Assembly (NCBI RefSeq): GCF_009914755.1
Contig: NC_060927.1
Direction: 5' to 3' (one strand)
From: the human T2T-CHM13v2.0 reference genome, Homo sapiens
DNA length: 64,000 nucleotides
In this document: piece by piece, positions 22,013 to 44,068 of the stretch
Numbering within the stretch: position 1 is the first letter of the stretch
How the letters are laid out: each line of letters begins with the position of its first letter
Notes under the pieces: generated by a model
The model's database searches: none
What the model saw: only the letters and a program-made list of their open reading frames with translations
What the model was told of the DNA's origin: nothing
Translations under genes and position numbers: made by a program

Positions 22013-24571
22013 GGATCCTTCCTCATACAGTTGTTGGGCTCATTTTTATTAACACTTACATGGTAAACAGTATTATTTTATTAATAATAAATCGCCATTT
22101 ATCAAGTGTTTACTTGGTGTCATTATGCCAAGTACAAGGCTGTACAGCATAGAGGTCAATGGCACAAACTCGGGTAGAGACAGGTCTGAATCCGGTTCTA
22201 TCACTGACAAACTGTGTGACCTTGAGCAGGTCACTTAACTGCTCCAGCCCCCAGTTTCCTTATCTGTAAAATGAGTATAATACTCAGGAGTCGGCTGTGG
22301 GGCAAGTTAATGTGTGTAAAGCACTTAGACCAGTACTCTGGCCCATAAGTACCACGTAAGTGTTGGCTGCTGTTGTTTACTCAGAGCCTGGCAAGTCCCT
22401 AACCCTCAGTAGACAGGCTGTGATGGGAGGGGTGCCCCTAGTGCTGAGGGAGGCACCTGCCAGCCCAGCTGGACAGTGGGGCTCGGGGCTCCCTCTAGCC
22501 CTCTGATGGACACAGAAGGAAAAAGCTGGGTGGAAGCTCAAAGACGCACTTGTGGGCTTCAGTGGGAGGGAATGAAGGTGGAACACACTCTTCTTTCATG
22601 GAGTCTGTTCCCCAACAAGAATCCCTTCGACACTGAGCTACTGGAAGGGTTAAAGTGAATACAACTTTTACACATTCTCCTTCAGAAGTCCCATGATGTA
22701 GAACTTCCCAGTGCAAAGCTTTGGCCAGATGCTGCAGGAACTCCCGTGCCTTCCCAAGGGTTCCCCACACACCCTGCCTCCTCCCTCCCTTCGGAAGGAT
22801 GGTTTAATGGCTGAAGTGGGCTCTTAGCTACAAAGGCATGCTCTGAATCTCTCTGAACTTCACTTAGGTCATACACAAGGTTCTGTGCACCCAGTATACA
22901 AGGAGCAACAACAGCAAACAGCAAAACCTCTCTCTCAGCCGAGTCTCTCCGGGCACCGGTGTGTCTGGGCAGCCTGGCAGGGGCCCTCACCACTGGACCA
23001 TATATTCAAAACACACCTTTACTGAGAGCCCAGGACTGCAAGGTTATAGGCACCAGGAGTCAACGAGACAGGAGATAAAGTTTACATCTCAGCAGGACAC
23101 AGACAAACCAAAGTAAAAGATCGTGATAAGTGCTTTGCAGAGAATTTCAATAGGTAATAAAATAGAGTAGAAGGACAGACTGGTCCTGCTTCGGACTGGG
23201 TGGTTAGGGAAGAGCTCTGGAGAAGCAGACATTTACGTTGAAGCTGGAAAGACAAGAAAGAGGCAGCTGTGAAAAATCAGGAGGGAGAGCATTCTGGGCA
23301 GAGGAATGGAGAGAAACTCTGTGCAGCTAGACAGGAGTGAACAGGAGACGAGAGATGGGGTCTCGCTATGTGGTCCAAGCTGGTCTCGAACTCCTGGCCT
23401 CAAGCGATACTCCTACCTCAGGTTCCCAAAGTATTAGGATTACAGGTGTGGGCCACCAAGAGCTCTGGCCCAGAGGAGTGTTTTAAACAAAGGAGGAACA
23501 AGATGTCATTTACATTTGTGAATGATCCCTCTGGCTGCTCGTTAGAGATGGGCAGGGCAGGACCACAGAAGAAGTGGAGAGGATGACAGCCAGGAGGCTG
23601 CTGGACTCAAGACCTAGTTTAAATAAGGAAGCATTTACAGGACTCTCAAAAGGAATGGATGGGCATGGGGGTGTGGCCAGGGAAAGAGGAATTTTGGGCT
23701 CGAACCACTGCAAAGACAGTGCGTCATTTACTAAGATGAGGAAGATGGGGAGAGGAGCCGGTCTGGGCATGGAAATCCAGAATTCTGTGTTGGACGAGGT
23801 AAGCGTGAGATGCCATATGGTGACAGCTGAATGGGCAGCTGGGCAGCCGAGATGGGAACTGAGGGGAGGGGAAAGGACGGAGACACGAATGGGGGAAGTC
23901 AGCAAGAACTGGTGTGCAGAGCGAGGGGACTGTGGGACTGCAGGGCCCACCAGGAGCAGGGAGCCTGCCTGGGACAGGGCGTTGGACTCCCTCTCTACAG
24001 TCAAGCTTACCCAGAGGAGCCAGCAGAGGCCGAGGGGAAAGAAGAGCCTGTGAGGGTGGCAGGAAACACAGAAGAGTGGGGGCCACAGACGCCAGGAGCA
24101 GCTGGTGGCCGAGTGCGTGGACTCTCAGAATGGAATGATGGTGGATTTAGCAGCTTGGAGGTCATCGGTGACCTCGACAAGACAGTCTTGGTGGAATAGT
24201 GGGACATGGGGTGAACTTCTCGTCACCTCTTTCCCAATTCTCTTCCTCCTGAGGACCCCTCGTGTAGGCCAGAACTCAGGGAGTCACCCGGAGCCCTGCC
24301 TCCCTCACCCGCACCTCCTCACCCCTCCAGCGCTCCACTTCCCAACTCGCTCAACTCTGTCTCTGCTTCTCCGTCTGCTCCAACCTCAGTTTAGGCCACA
24401 CTTCCTTTTCCTCGGGCTTCCAACTGGCCCTGACTGACTGCTCGGCTGCTACTCTCCTCTCCCCCAGGCCACCCGCAACAACTTCCCCAGATGGCTCTAA
24501 AATGCACATCTGACCCTGAGTCTCCAGTACTCAAGCCTCCTGACTCCCATCACTCTCAAGATGATAGACAC

Positions 24572-24850
24572 GGCCGGACGCAGTGGCTCACACCTGTAGT
24601 CCCAGCACTTTGGGAGGCCGAGGCCAGCAGATCACGAGGTCAAGAGATCGAGACCAGCCTGGCTAACATGGTGAAACCCCGTCTCTAGTAAAAATACAAA
24701 AATTAGCTGGGCGTGGTGGCAGGCTCCTGTAGTCTCAGTTTCTCTGGAGGCTGAGGTAGGAGAATCACTTGAACCCGGGGGGCTGCAGTGAGCTGAGATC
24801 ATGCCACTGTACTCCAGCCTGGGCGACAGAGTGTCTCAAAAAAAAAAAAG
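24572..24850 (+). mobile_element. Alu
   Basis: Alu consensus match. Confidence 0.88.
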
Positions 24851-24931
24851 AGAGAAAAAGATGATAGACTCCGTGTCTAAACGACCCGACCCCTGCCTCC
24901 TCCAGCCCTTTCATCTCCCCTCACTCCTAAA

Positions 24932-25370
24932 TGGTACCAGCATATACCACCCCGAAATATGCCTCTTTAGCATATGGATTCCTTAGATCTAAAGGTCTTT
25001 GAAAACCAGCAGAAGCAGAAGCTATTAACCTCCCCTAACTGCCTGAAAAGAGAGTACACATTTTCCCTTTCATAAAGGAAATTTCCATTTGTAAAGATAT
25101 TTCTGCACCAGGAAGAGAGCTACTTCCACCCGAGAGACTCTCACCTGCATAGCAAGAAAACCCTTATTTCCCACACAGGTCCTCCCTCACCTTGCCTCCC
25201 ACCCCAGAACCCCAAACCTCTTTTTCTTGATTTAGCCTAATATGGTATATACGCCTCCATCAACTGGCCACCTCCTTGAGCCACATTTTTCTTTGTACAT
25301 TTAAAGCTGTTTTTTCTTGTTACTCTGTGTTTCATCAGAGGGGACAGGGAAAATATTTTTCTCTCCAACA
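24932..25370 (+). mobile_element. ERV1-type LTR (MER34/MER39-like)
   Basis: ATATACCACCCCGAAATATGCCTCTTT start motif and ...TCTCCAACA end; subfamily from recall. Confidence 0.6.
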
Positions 25371-25540
25371 CTCCCCCATATCTGCCCCTCCACTGCAGCC
25401 TTGGACAGCTCCTTCTTTTTTACCTGCTTCTCTTGTTTTCTCCTGCTCATCCCTCAGCTAAAGCATCACCTCCTCCAGGAAGCCTTCCATGACTGCTTCC
25501 CATCCTCTCAGACACCTGGCCATGACCGATGGCCACTCAC

Positions 25541-25645
25541 CTGCTGCACAGGCTCGATGGTCAGCTCCATGTAGCGACTGATTGCTGTCATTGTCCTCAG
25601 TGACTTGCAGTGTGACAGTGTGGTGAGAGGCACCCAATCCAAATT
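25541..25645 (-). CDS. TMEM44: TMEM44 coding exon 8 (NLDWVPLTTLSHCKSLRTMTAISRYMELTIEPVQQ)
   Basis: Acceptor TTGCAAG|AAT, donor CAG|GTGAGT; 105 nt. Confidence 0.93.
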
Positions 25646-25829
25646 CTTGCAAGTAGAGGCAGGGAGACAGAAAGGGGAATTCTCAAAGTCAGGAGGCATT
25701 TTCTAAAAACAAGGTCACATTTTATTCAAAAGGACCCCCGTGGTATTTTCTCTCTCTCTTTTTTAACGGCACGTCTCACTTTCTGCTTCCTATAAGATGT
25801 GTCTTATCTTTCTCTTCGAGGCCACAGTC

Positions 25830-26805
25830 ATTTAGTGTTTCCCAAATTTTGCAACACAGTAGAATCAGCTAGGAATCTTTTTTATTTTATTTTATTTTTT
25901 GTAGAGACCAGTTTCACTGTACTGACCAGGCTGGTCTCAAAGTCCTGGGCTCAAGTGATCCACGAGTGATCCTCCCACCTCGGCCTCCCAAAGTGCTGGG
26001 ATGACAGGCATGAGCCACCACACCCGGCCTATTCTGCTTTTTAAGATCCCCAGCTGAGCAGCGATCTGGAGTGAAGCTGTGATCGAGGCACTGCATTCCA
26101 GCCTAGGGGACAGAGTGAGACCCTGTCGTACAAACAAAACAAAACAAGGAATGCCTACTTCCCACTTCCAGACATTCTGATTTCATGGGTATGAGATGTA
26201 ACCGGGAAGTGGATCGTTTAAACGCGCCCCAGATGATTCTAACGTGCGGCCAAGTTTGCGAACCACTGCAATAGGTGCCCAATAAGTGCTTTTGCAAAGC
26301 TGTGGTTCTCTAACCTTGATGCACATCAGAAGCACCCTGTGGGTTTTGCTAAAATACAGATTGCAGCCGGGCGCGGTGGCTCACGCCTGTAATCCCAGCA
26401 CTTTGGGAGGCCGAGGCAGGCCGATCACCTGAGGTTAGGAGTGCGAGACCAGCCTGGTCAACATAGTGAAACCCTGTCTCTACTAAAAATACAAAAATTG
26501 GCTGGGCAAGGTGGCGTGTGTCTGTAATCCTAGCTACGTGGGAGGCGGAGGCAGGAGAATCGCTTGAACCCAGGAGGCGGAGGTTGCAGCAAGCTGAGAT
26601 CGTGCCACTGCAATCCAGCCTGGACAACAGTGAGACTCCGTCTCAAAAATAAATAAATAAATAAATAAATAAATAAAATACAGATTGCTGGACCACACCC
26701 TCAGTTTCAGATTCGGGAGATCTGGGTGGAGCCCCCAAATCTGCATTTCTCACAGTTTCCCAGGTAATCCTGGTCTAGGGCCCACACTTTGAGAACCACT
26801 GCTCT
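25830..26805. mobile_element. MER5A-like hAT MITE remnants interrupted by Alu fragments and a full Alu (26365-26680, +)
   Basis: GTGGTTCTC ... TTTGAGAACCACTG termini typical of MER5. Confidence 0.65.
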
Positions 26806-27291
26806 GAAGAACTGCTAGAGACTCCAGAGGCTTCTACTTCTCTCTTCAGAATTCCAAGACACACAGGGCTCTGTTAATATTTTGGCCCCCTTTTGGAATA
26901 TAATTTCCTAACAGTTGCTAGAAAGAAATGAAAATAACTTCCCACTAGGGCCTCATGGGAACGTGGCTCTTTGGTCTGGGCACCTATATAAAAAATGCTT
27001 TCCTCTGCGTCACATACACCACGATCTTCTATTTCATGGACTCAGTCGGATCACATGGTTAAGCCATTTGGAGAACATTCGGAGGGGCAGTTTTTGTTTT
27101 TGTCGGTCCAAATGCACTCCCCATCACTTCCTCCATCCTGGCCACGGAGGAAGTTACTCACAGCCTCACACCCACTCTCTGTGAGAGGAGTCTAAGGTAG
27201 TGAAGAGCCCAGGTAATAGATGAGAGTTTTTTCCAAAAAAAAAAAAAAATTGAAATCTTAGAAAAGAGGGAGCCATTTTATATTCAAGTCC

Positions 27292-29890
<2,599 letters not shown>

Positions 29891-30185
29891 AAAGCGACCA
29901 ACTGGGCAAGCAGGGAGGGACTTCTGGAATTCCCAAGCCCCGGCCCTCATGGAGGCTCAATGCCCCGTCCACTCCATGCCAGTAAACAGGAAGGGCCCGT
30001 TACATGTCATGTGTTAGGTTTGGCCACTATTCCCTCAGCGAGACAGGACAGCTGTCTGAGTCGCCTGCAGAGAACACTCGGCAGGCAGCTTTCACACGTC
30101 CGTCCGCAGTATCCTGCTGTTTCTCAAGATACTGTTGCTGGGACCAGAGTTTTCCAGCCAGAGAGACCTTGTCCTCGTTCCTCAC

Positions 30186-30314
30186 CTCCTGGTTTTCTTC
30201 CTCTTTCTCTGCACAGGTCAAAAGGGCTTGGGTGTCAGGGCTCTCTCTGGCTTCCTTGGCAAATCCTAAGGCCTGTCTCATCTTGCTCTTCATCACACAC
30301 GAAAGGAAAATAAT
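30186..30314 (-). CDS. TMEM44: TMEM44 coding exon 7 (IIFLSCVMKSKMRQALG...EEENQE)
   Basis: Acceptor TCTCAG|ATT preceded by CCTTAAC, donor GAG|GTGAGG; 129 nt. Confidence 0.95.
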
Positions 30315-31928
<1,614 letters not shown>

Positions 31929-32252
31929 TCACAAGACCCAGGGCCCTCAGTGGCACAGCAGGTTGCGGGGCAAGCCCTCTGCCTGCAGCCAGTCCTCCAG
32001 GGCAATGCTTCTGTTAGACTTACAGCTTTTGCTCGAGTTGCTTCTTCTGCCTGTCAAACTCCTACTCATCCCTCAGAACCTGGCTTCAACTTAACTCTGG
32101 GAAACCTCCCCTTACCAACTCCACCCTAAGGCGAGCAAGCAACTCCCTTTTCTGGGCCCTAACGCATCCCTCCAGCGGAGTACCTTTGATTGATCATGAC
32201 TCAGCTCTTTACACAGTCAGAGAGCTCCTGAGGGCTGGGCAGGGGTCCTCAC

Positions 32253-32393
32253 CATCTCAGTGCCCAGCACCTGACGCTGGGCAGCGGCTCGCCAATGTCC
32301 GCTGGGAGAATGTGAGGGAGACTGGGATGGTTTGGACATTTGTCCCCGCCAGATCTCATGTTGAGTCGTAATCCCCAGTGTCGGAGGTGGGGC
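32253..32393 (-). CDS. TMEM44: TMEM44 alternative in-frame cassette exon, 47 aa (APPPTLGITTQHEIW...QVLGTEM), TE-derived
   Basis: Acceptor CCACCAG|GCC inside an MST LTR, donor ATG|GTGAGG; 141 nt, phase 0-0, no stop; 428+47=475 aa matches the long isoform length I recall. Confidence 0.75.
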
Positions 32394-32739
32394 CTGGTGG
32401 GAGGTGGTTGGGTCATGGGGTGGATTTCTCATGAATGGTCTGGCACCATCCCCTGGGTGCTGTCCTCACGACAGTGAGTGAGTTCTCCTGAGATCTGGCT
32501 GTTCAAAAATGTGTGTGTGGCACCTTCCCTTCCACCCTCTTGCACTCTCTCTCTCTCTGCCTGCTCACACTTTGCCTTCCGCCATGAGTAAAAGGTCCCT
32601 GAGGCCTCCCCAGAAGCCCAGTAGATGCTGGCGTCATGCTTGGGAGCCTGCCAAACCGTGAGCCAATTACACCTGGTTTCTTTATGAGTGACCCGGCCTG
32701 AGGCATTCCTTTAGAGCAATGCAAGAACAGCCTAACACA
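32323..32739 (+). mobile_element. MST-family MaLR solo LTR with 5-bp TSD GAGAC
   Basis: TG...CA termini; GAGAC at 32318-32322 and 32740-32744. Confidence 0.88.
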
Positions 32740-32879
32740 GAGACCGAATCAGAAGAGCTGAGGCCCGGCCCTTCTCTCCCTGGGACCCCGATTCTGACCC
32801 AGGTCACATGGGGAAGATCCGAAAAATGAGAGATGATATTCTGGAAATTTTAAAGCCAAGAGGACATTTCTGGAGAATA

Positions 32880-33315
32880 TGTAATAAAACTATTGGTTCA
32901 ATAAAAGGAAATATGCACTATTTATATTTCTATGTAAGCAGCCTTTATATACAGAAAGTCACTATATATATGAATATGTATATACACAAACACCATATAT
33001 TTCTGATTACATACTTATATATTTAAATATATATGAATAAAAATTGTAAATAGTTTATATTAAACTCATTAGATGAGTTATATATAAACTAAATTATAAT
33101 TCATTAGATGAGTTCATATATATACAAATTATATTTATATAATTTAGTTTTATATAAATTAAATTATATATAGTTTATATATAATTTAGTTTATATATAT
33201 AATTCAGTTTATATATAATACATATAAAATTTAGTTTATATACATAATACACATATAAACTCATTAGATGACTCATTAAATATGTTCATTTCATGACCAT
33301 ATTTACAGATATATA
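32880..33315. repeat. AT-rich low-complexity tract with internal inverted repeats
   Basis: TA-rich island inside a GC-rich intron. Confidence 0.9.
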
Positions 33316-34607
33316 GGCCTTGGCTAGGGAATGGGAAAAATTCAGGAGAAAAAGCATGTTTTGGCCAATTTTGCCCCATTTTAAGTTTAATTCTCAAAAA
33401 GAATCCTTAAGAGTGTCACATTTCCCTCTGCGTCCCCTCCAGTTTTGTCTCCAGGCCTCCCTGTGTCTGGCCTGCGCCCTGAAGACTGCTTAACCGAGAG
33501 ACAGCACAGTCCCACGCTTCTCCGTGGAGCAGCCGGCTGGGAGGGTGAGCCCTGGCCCGCTGGGCCCAGAGGCTGAGGGTGGAGACGACGCCCTTTCCCA
33601 TCGGCCCTTCCTATCTCACACAGGAAGCAGCACTGCTATGGCTAGAGGTGCTTGGGGCCCCCCGACCTAACCACCCACCACCATGTTACAGAGGACACTG
33701 ACGGCCAGAGTGGGGCTGGGCCTGGGCCTCCTGCCTCTTGGCCTTGCTCTTGCTGCTGCTCAGGATGAACTGCACGGGGAAGCCCTCTGTCCTCGCTCAC
33801 ATGCTAACCCAGTGACAGCGCCCACTGTCCTCCAAATCAGTCCCTTCTCAGGGTCAGTCCTGGGGCCGACCCTGAAAAAAATAGAGAGCTCTATTTATCT
33901 GCAGTGCCAGACAAACAGTAGATGCTTAATCACGGCTTGAAGAACGGAACTGGATTGTGACTGGATGAGACATGGCAGTCCCTCTCCAACCTAGGCAGGC
34001 CTTGCCTACAGACAGGATGGAGGTCAGCAGCACACCCCAGCCTGGGCTGCCTGGCACATCCATGTAAGGGGCTGGAGGCAGGACAGGCCTCGGATGGTCT
34101 CTGCAGCTGCCAGGACTCCTGGTGTCAGCACAACGCTTCACTCATCAGTGGGTGTTTCGTACCCCTGTCCCATTCGAGGACTCACTCCTGGAGCAATGGG
34201 AACTTTCCCACCAAAGCCACCCAGCCATCTTCTCCTCAGCAACCTCACCATGGCCAAATTAGGAGCAGCTTCTGGGAGAGCCAGGGTCTGAAGCCATGCT
34301 GGCCTGGCTTCCCAGAACACCCCAAACCCTGCTGGGTTTCTCCCTATGAAGGGAACCCTAGCTCTCGGCTCTTCCTCCTGGAACCAGAGTCACTGAGAGG
34401 CAGCAGCAGCTCCTTCCCTAGAAATACGGCATGTTTCCTTTCCTGAGTCCCCAGGGCAATCTCACTCTATCGTCCTGCCCAGGGGCCCTCAGGCTTCAAT
34501 ACCTTGTAGTGATGAGGAGACGACTACCTCCTAAGGCAGGGGTAATGCTGGCGGCTCTCCAGATGCTGGGCACTGTACAGTGTCTTACCCTGAAGTTCTT
34601 CCTTTTA

Positions 34608-35063
<456 letters not shown>

Positions 35064-35309
35064 TTAGATTGCTCTCTAAGTGTTTGCTGACTCCTACCAT
35101 GATCAGGTCCCAGGTGCCTGCAATGCAGTGGGAAATGACACAGACAAGGCCACTGCCCACAAGGTGTTAACATTCCACCTCAGGACCGGGCAGCAACCGG
35201 GAAAATAAAGGGGCACATTTCAGGTTGTTACAAATGATCTGAAGAAAATAAAGCAGAGTGAGGGGACACAGTGGTGGGGCTGGCCTGGGGGCTGTTTTAG
35301 GTGGGGTGG

Positions 35310-36025
35310 TGTTATGAGTTGCAATGTGTGCCCCCAAAAGATGTTGAAGTCCCTAGGCCGGGCGTGGTGGCTCAAACCTGTGAGGCCAAACACTCTGGGA
35401 GGCCAAGGCGGGCAGATCACTTGAGGTCAGTAGTTCGAGACCAGCCTGGCCAACATGGTGCACTCTCGTCTCTACTAAAAATACAAAAATTAGCCGGGCG
35501 TGGTGGCGTGTGCCTGTAATCCCAGCTACTTGGGAGGCTGAGGCACAGAATCACTGGAACCCGGGAGGCAGAGGTTGCAGTCAGCCGAGATTGCATCATG
35601 CACTCCAGTCTGGGAAACAGAGCGAGACTCTGTCTCAAAAAAAAAAAAAAAAAAGATGTTGAAGTCCCAACCCCCAGTGTCTGTGAATGCGGCCTTATTT
35701 GGAAATAGGGTCTTTGTGGATGATCACGTCAAGATGAGGTCATTAGGATGAGTCCCATTCCAATGTCCTTATAAAAAGGAGCAAGTCGGACACAGAAAGG
35801 TACGGAGGGAAGGCCACGAGAAACCCAGGGTTACCACAAGCCAAGGGGCTACCCGAACCTGGGAGAGGAGCGAGGCCTGGAACAGATCCTTCCCTGGCGC
35901 CTGCAGAGGGAGCATGGCCCTGCCGGCACCTTGCTCTCAGACTTCTGACCTCTGGCACCGAGACAATAAACTTCTGTTGTTGAAAGTTAGTGGCACTTTG
36001 TTACGACAGCCCTAGGGAGCTACTA
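35310..36025 (+). mobile_element. MLT1-like LTR interrupted by an Alu (35356-35654)
   Basis: MLT1 motifs either side of the Alu; TSD AAAAGATGTTGAAGTCCC. Confidence 0.75.
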
Positions 36026-36330
36026 CCGGCGGTCAGGGCACGGTGCCAGCTTCTTCAAAGGCCTTCATGCAATGTGGTCTCCCAGCTCTGACACCACCCT
36101 GGAGAGCCACCCCGGTGGGCTGCTGAGCTGAGCCCAGTGCTCACCACTCTCCCCTCCATTAATCTAAAGACAGGACACCTGCTGATGAGGCCCAGGCCCT
36201 GCGAGGCTTCTGGCAGTCACAGCACAGAATGCAGCTTCACTGACTTCACCAACAACCGCGAACAACCCTCCAGCCCTGAATCCTGTTCCCCTGGAGCTGC
36301 TATTCAACCAAGATGCTCCTGGGCAAGTAA

Positions 36331-37461
<1,131 letters not shown>

Positions 37462-37836
37462 TAAGACACTCTTGATCTACACAGAACCTCACACCTGGCT
37501 GCCTGTCCGGTGTCAAATCTCCTTCTCTTATGGGTTCAGCCTCAGGGGCTTCTTCCTCAGAGCCTGCTTTTCATTTGCTATAGGAAATGGGGAAGAACAC
37601 ACGGGCTTTCCCCGAGAGGCTCCCGCCGTCCTCAGGACGCCCTGGGTTGGCTGCCCACTCTCCACACACACCCCCTCCTTGCTGTCATACACACTAACGC
37701 TCTTCAGGAAAAGCTGAGCCCATGTCCATGCACCCACGGTGACGCCACACCTCCGCCCCATGACCCTCTCAGGATGCTCCCAGATGCCCTGAGACTGTCA
37801 TGTGACCCACAGTCCCATCCCCACCCCCGGCCTCAC

Positions 37837-37923
37837 AATTCTGGAGAGAGGGGGGATCCGAGAAGCCCAGGAGCCAAAGGCAGCAACGCTACCCAGCAGG
37901 TAGCCGAGGATCTCAGTATTTTC
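37837..37923 (-). CDS. TMEM44: TMEM44 coding exon 5 (ENTEILGYLLGSVAAFGSWASRIPPLSRI)
   Basis: Acceptor TCTTGCAG|GAA, donor ATT|GTGAGG; 87 nt; PQ-loop-like SRIPP motif. Confidence 0.95.
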
Positions 37924-38141
37924 CTGCAAGAACGAACAGGTGATCCACCATCAGTACTCTGCAGAGACTGCCCATGTGCCCCAAGAAACAGCCAAAGCTC
38001 AGGAGTCCTTTTCTGCTTTTAGAGGGTTCTTCCAACAAAGGAAGGCTTAACCCCACTCCCCTAGCCCCGGCCTCATCCCACCCTGGGCATTTGGCAGGAC
38101 ATGCAGTACCCCGAGTCCTCCCCACGGTGGCCCAGCCTCAC

Positions 38142-38308
38142 CTGCAGCAGGCTCGCTAGCAGCCTCCGCTGTGGCCCCCGGATGGTGGCTGAAGCCTTCG
38201 GGACAGCAACCCACAGAGCCCAGCACGGGCCCAGGCTCAGCGGCAGGGCCAGGGCAAACACACTGGCCCTGAGCTGCCGCCTCCTCTTCCTCTCTCGGGC
38301 TTCCCGAT
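38142..38308 (-). CDS. TMEM44: TMEM44 coding exon 4 (DREARERKRRRQLRASVFALALPLSLG...LLASLLQ)
   Basis: Acceptor TTGCAG|AT, donor CAG|GTGAGG; 167 nt; cumulative 525 nt in frame. Confidence 0.95.
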
Positions 38309-38809
38309 CTGCAACAGACACCAAAATCCCACATGGCTCCTGGAAGCCAGACCTTGTCAGATCAGATAGCTGCGTGGGAAGAACTGGTGTCAGCTCCCCA
38401 CATGATGCTGAAGCGGGTTCCCACATTATTCTGCAGGCCAGCTCCTCCCCACCCTTCAGGGCCCTGTAGTTGTGCCACCTCTTCAAGGAGTCTTTCCTCT
38501 CCACCACTGACTGCACACCCCACCCCCATAACGTGCTGCCCTCCTTCCTCAGGCAGAGATGACATTATCTTCTCTCTATGCATCTGCGTGCAGACAGCAG
38601 TGCCTCTTCTGGACTAGAGCGCCTAAGGATAAGGCACCATCCTCTGGTGGTTTCTACAATCTCCACAGAGCAGAACCGGTACAAGTGTGGTACAAGCATC
38701 GACCCGTGAATCAGCGATGGCACCAGCGGGAACTGTGCGCGGGACAAACAGCAATGAGCAGTGTCTTTGTCCCTGAACTGTAAGATAGGCACTCCTCTGA
38801 GCAATTCTG

Positions 38810-40394
<1,585 letters not shown>

Positions 40395-40511
40395 TTTCTC
40401 CTTTGTTTGTGCCTGGCTGGGGCCCGCTCAGGGAGTGACAAGGAGTAGGCATTCGGCGTGCTGATGAATGAATGGGTGAATAAAGACAGGAAAAGACAGC
40501 CACACACTCAC

Positions 40512-40605
40512 CTGAATTAGACTTGAATTTGGATCCACAGACTGGGAAGAGAATGAACATAAAGTTCACTAAGTCAATAGCTGCTAGGTAGGCACCAGTG
40601 AAAAC
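40512..40605 (-). CDS. TMEM44: TMEM44 coding exon 3 (VFTGAYLAAIDLVNFMFILFPVCGSKFKSNS)
   Basis: Acceptor CTCCCAG|GTT, donor CAG|GTGAGT; 94 nt; hydrophobic TM-like segment. Confidence 0.95.
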
Positions 40606-41206
40606 CTGGGAGCAAACGGGAAGAGAGTCTTGGCATTCAAGCATCTTTCCTCAGCCCCTACAGAGTTTGTCATCCGGGACCCTGTATCGCATGGGTTACA
40701 CTGATGCAGTGCTTTCTTACGTACTCCTCCAGGGACACCTCCTGCCAACCCCGGAAAAGTCCATTATCATGTCCACTTGGCTGATGAGGAGATGAGGTGT
40801 TTACATGACTGAACCCACGGTATGCAGATGCCCACCAGCAGGGTTGGGATAAGAGCCCAGCCCTCCAGCTCTATTCCACACACTTCCCACTGCGTGAGGC
40901 AGTCTCTGCTGTGTACCCTTGGCCCACTGAGCTTCTCTGGCGCTCAGTTTCCCCATCTGTAAAACGAGCAAACTAACAGTGCTTCCCTCAAAGACTGTCA
41001 GGAAGGTTACTTGAGACAGTACATGGGCAGTGTTTACACCAGTGTCTATGGGAAAGCAAACTACCTCTAAAGGCACCAGCTCCTCTGATAGTAGAGTTAG
41101 CAGTGAAGAACTTGCATTGTGGAGTTTGAATCGCGGAATCTTGGCACTGCTACTTACTAGATGGGTGACCCTTAACCTCTCTATGCTTCAGTCTCTACAT
41201 CTGTAG

Positions 41207-43948
<2,742 letters not shown>

Positions 43949-44068
43949 TTAAACACAGAGCCCTTTTGGCACTTGGAGCTGTCCCTCCCTCAGCGCCCCC
44001 ACAGCCACTTCTCCCCTTACAGCCCCTCCCCAGTCCATATCCACTGGAGAAGATGCACGGAAGGGCAG

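Noticed and set aside
29993-30128. The duplicated 136-nt element as an H/ACA snoRNA
   Set aside because: The length fits, but a 3' ACA is not kept in the second copy and I cannot see the two-hairpin fold; kept only as an unexplained duplication
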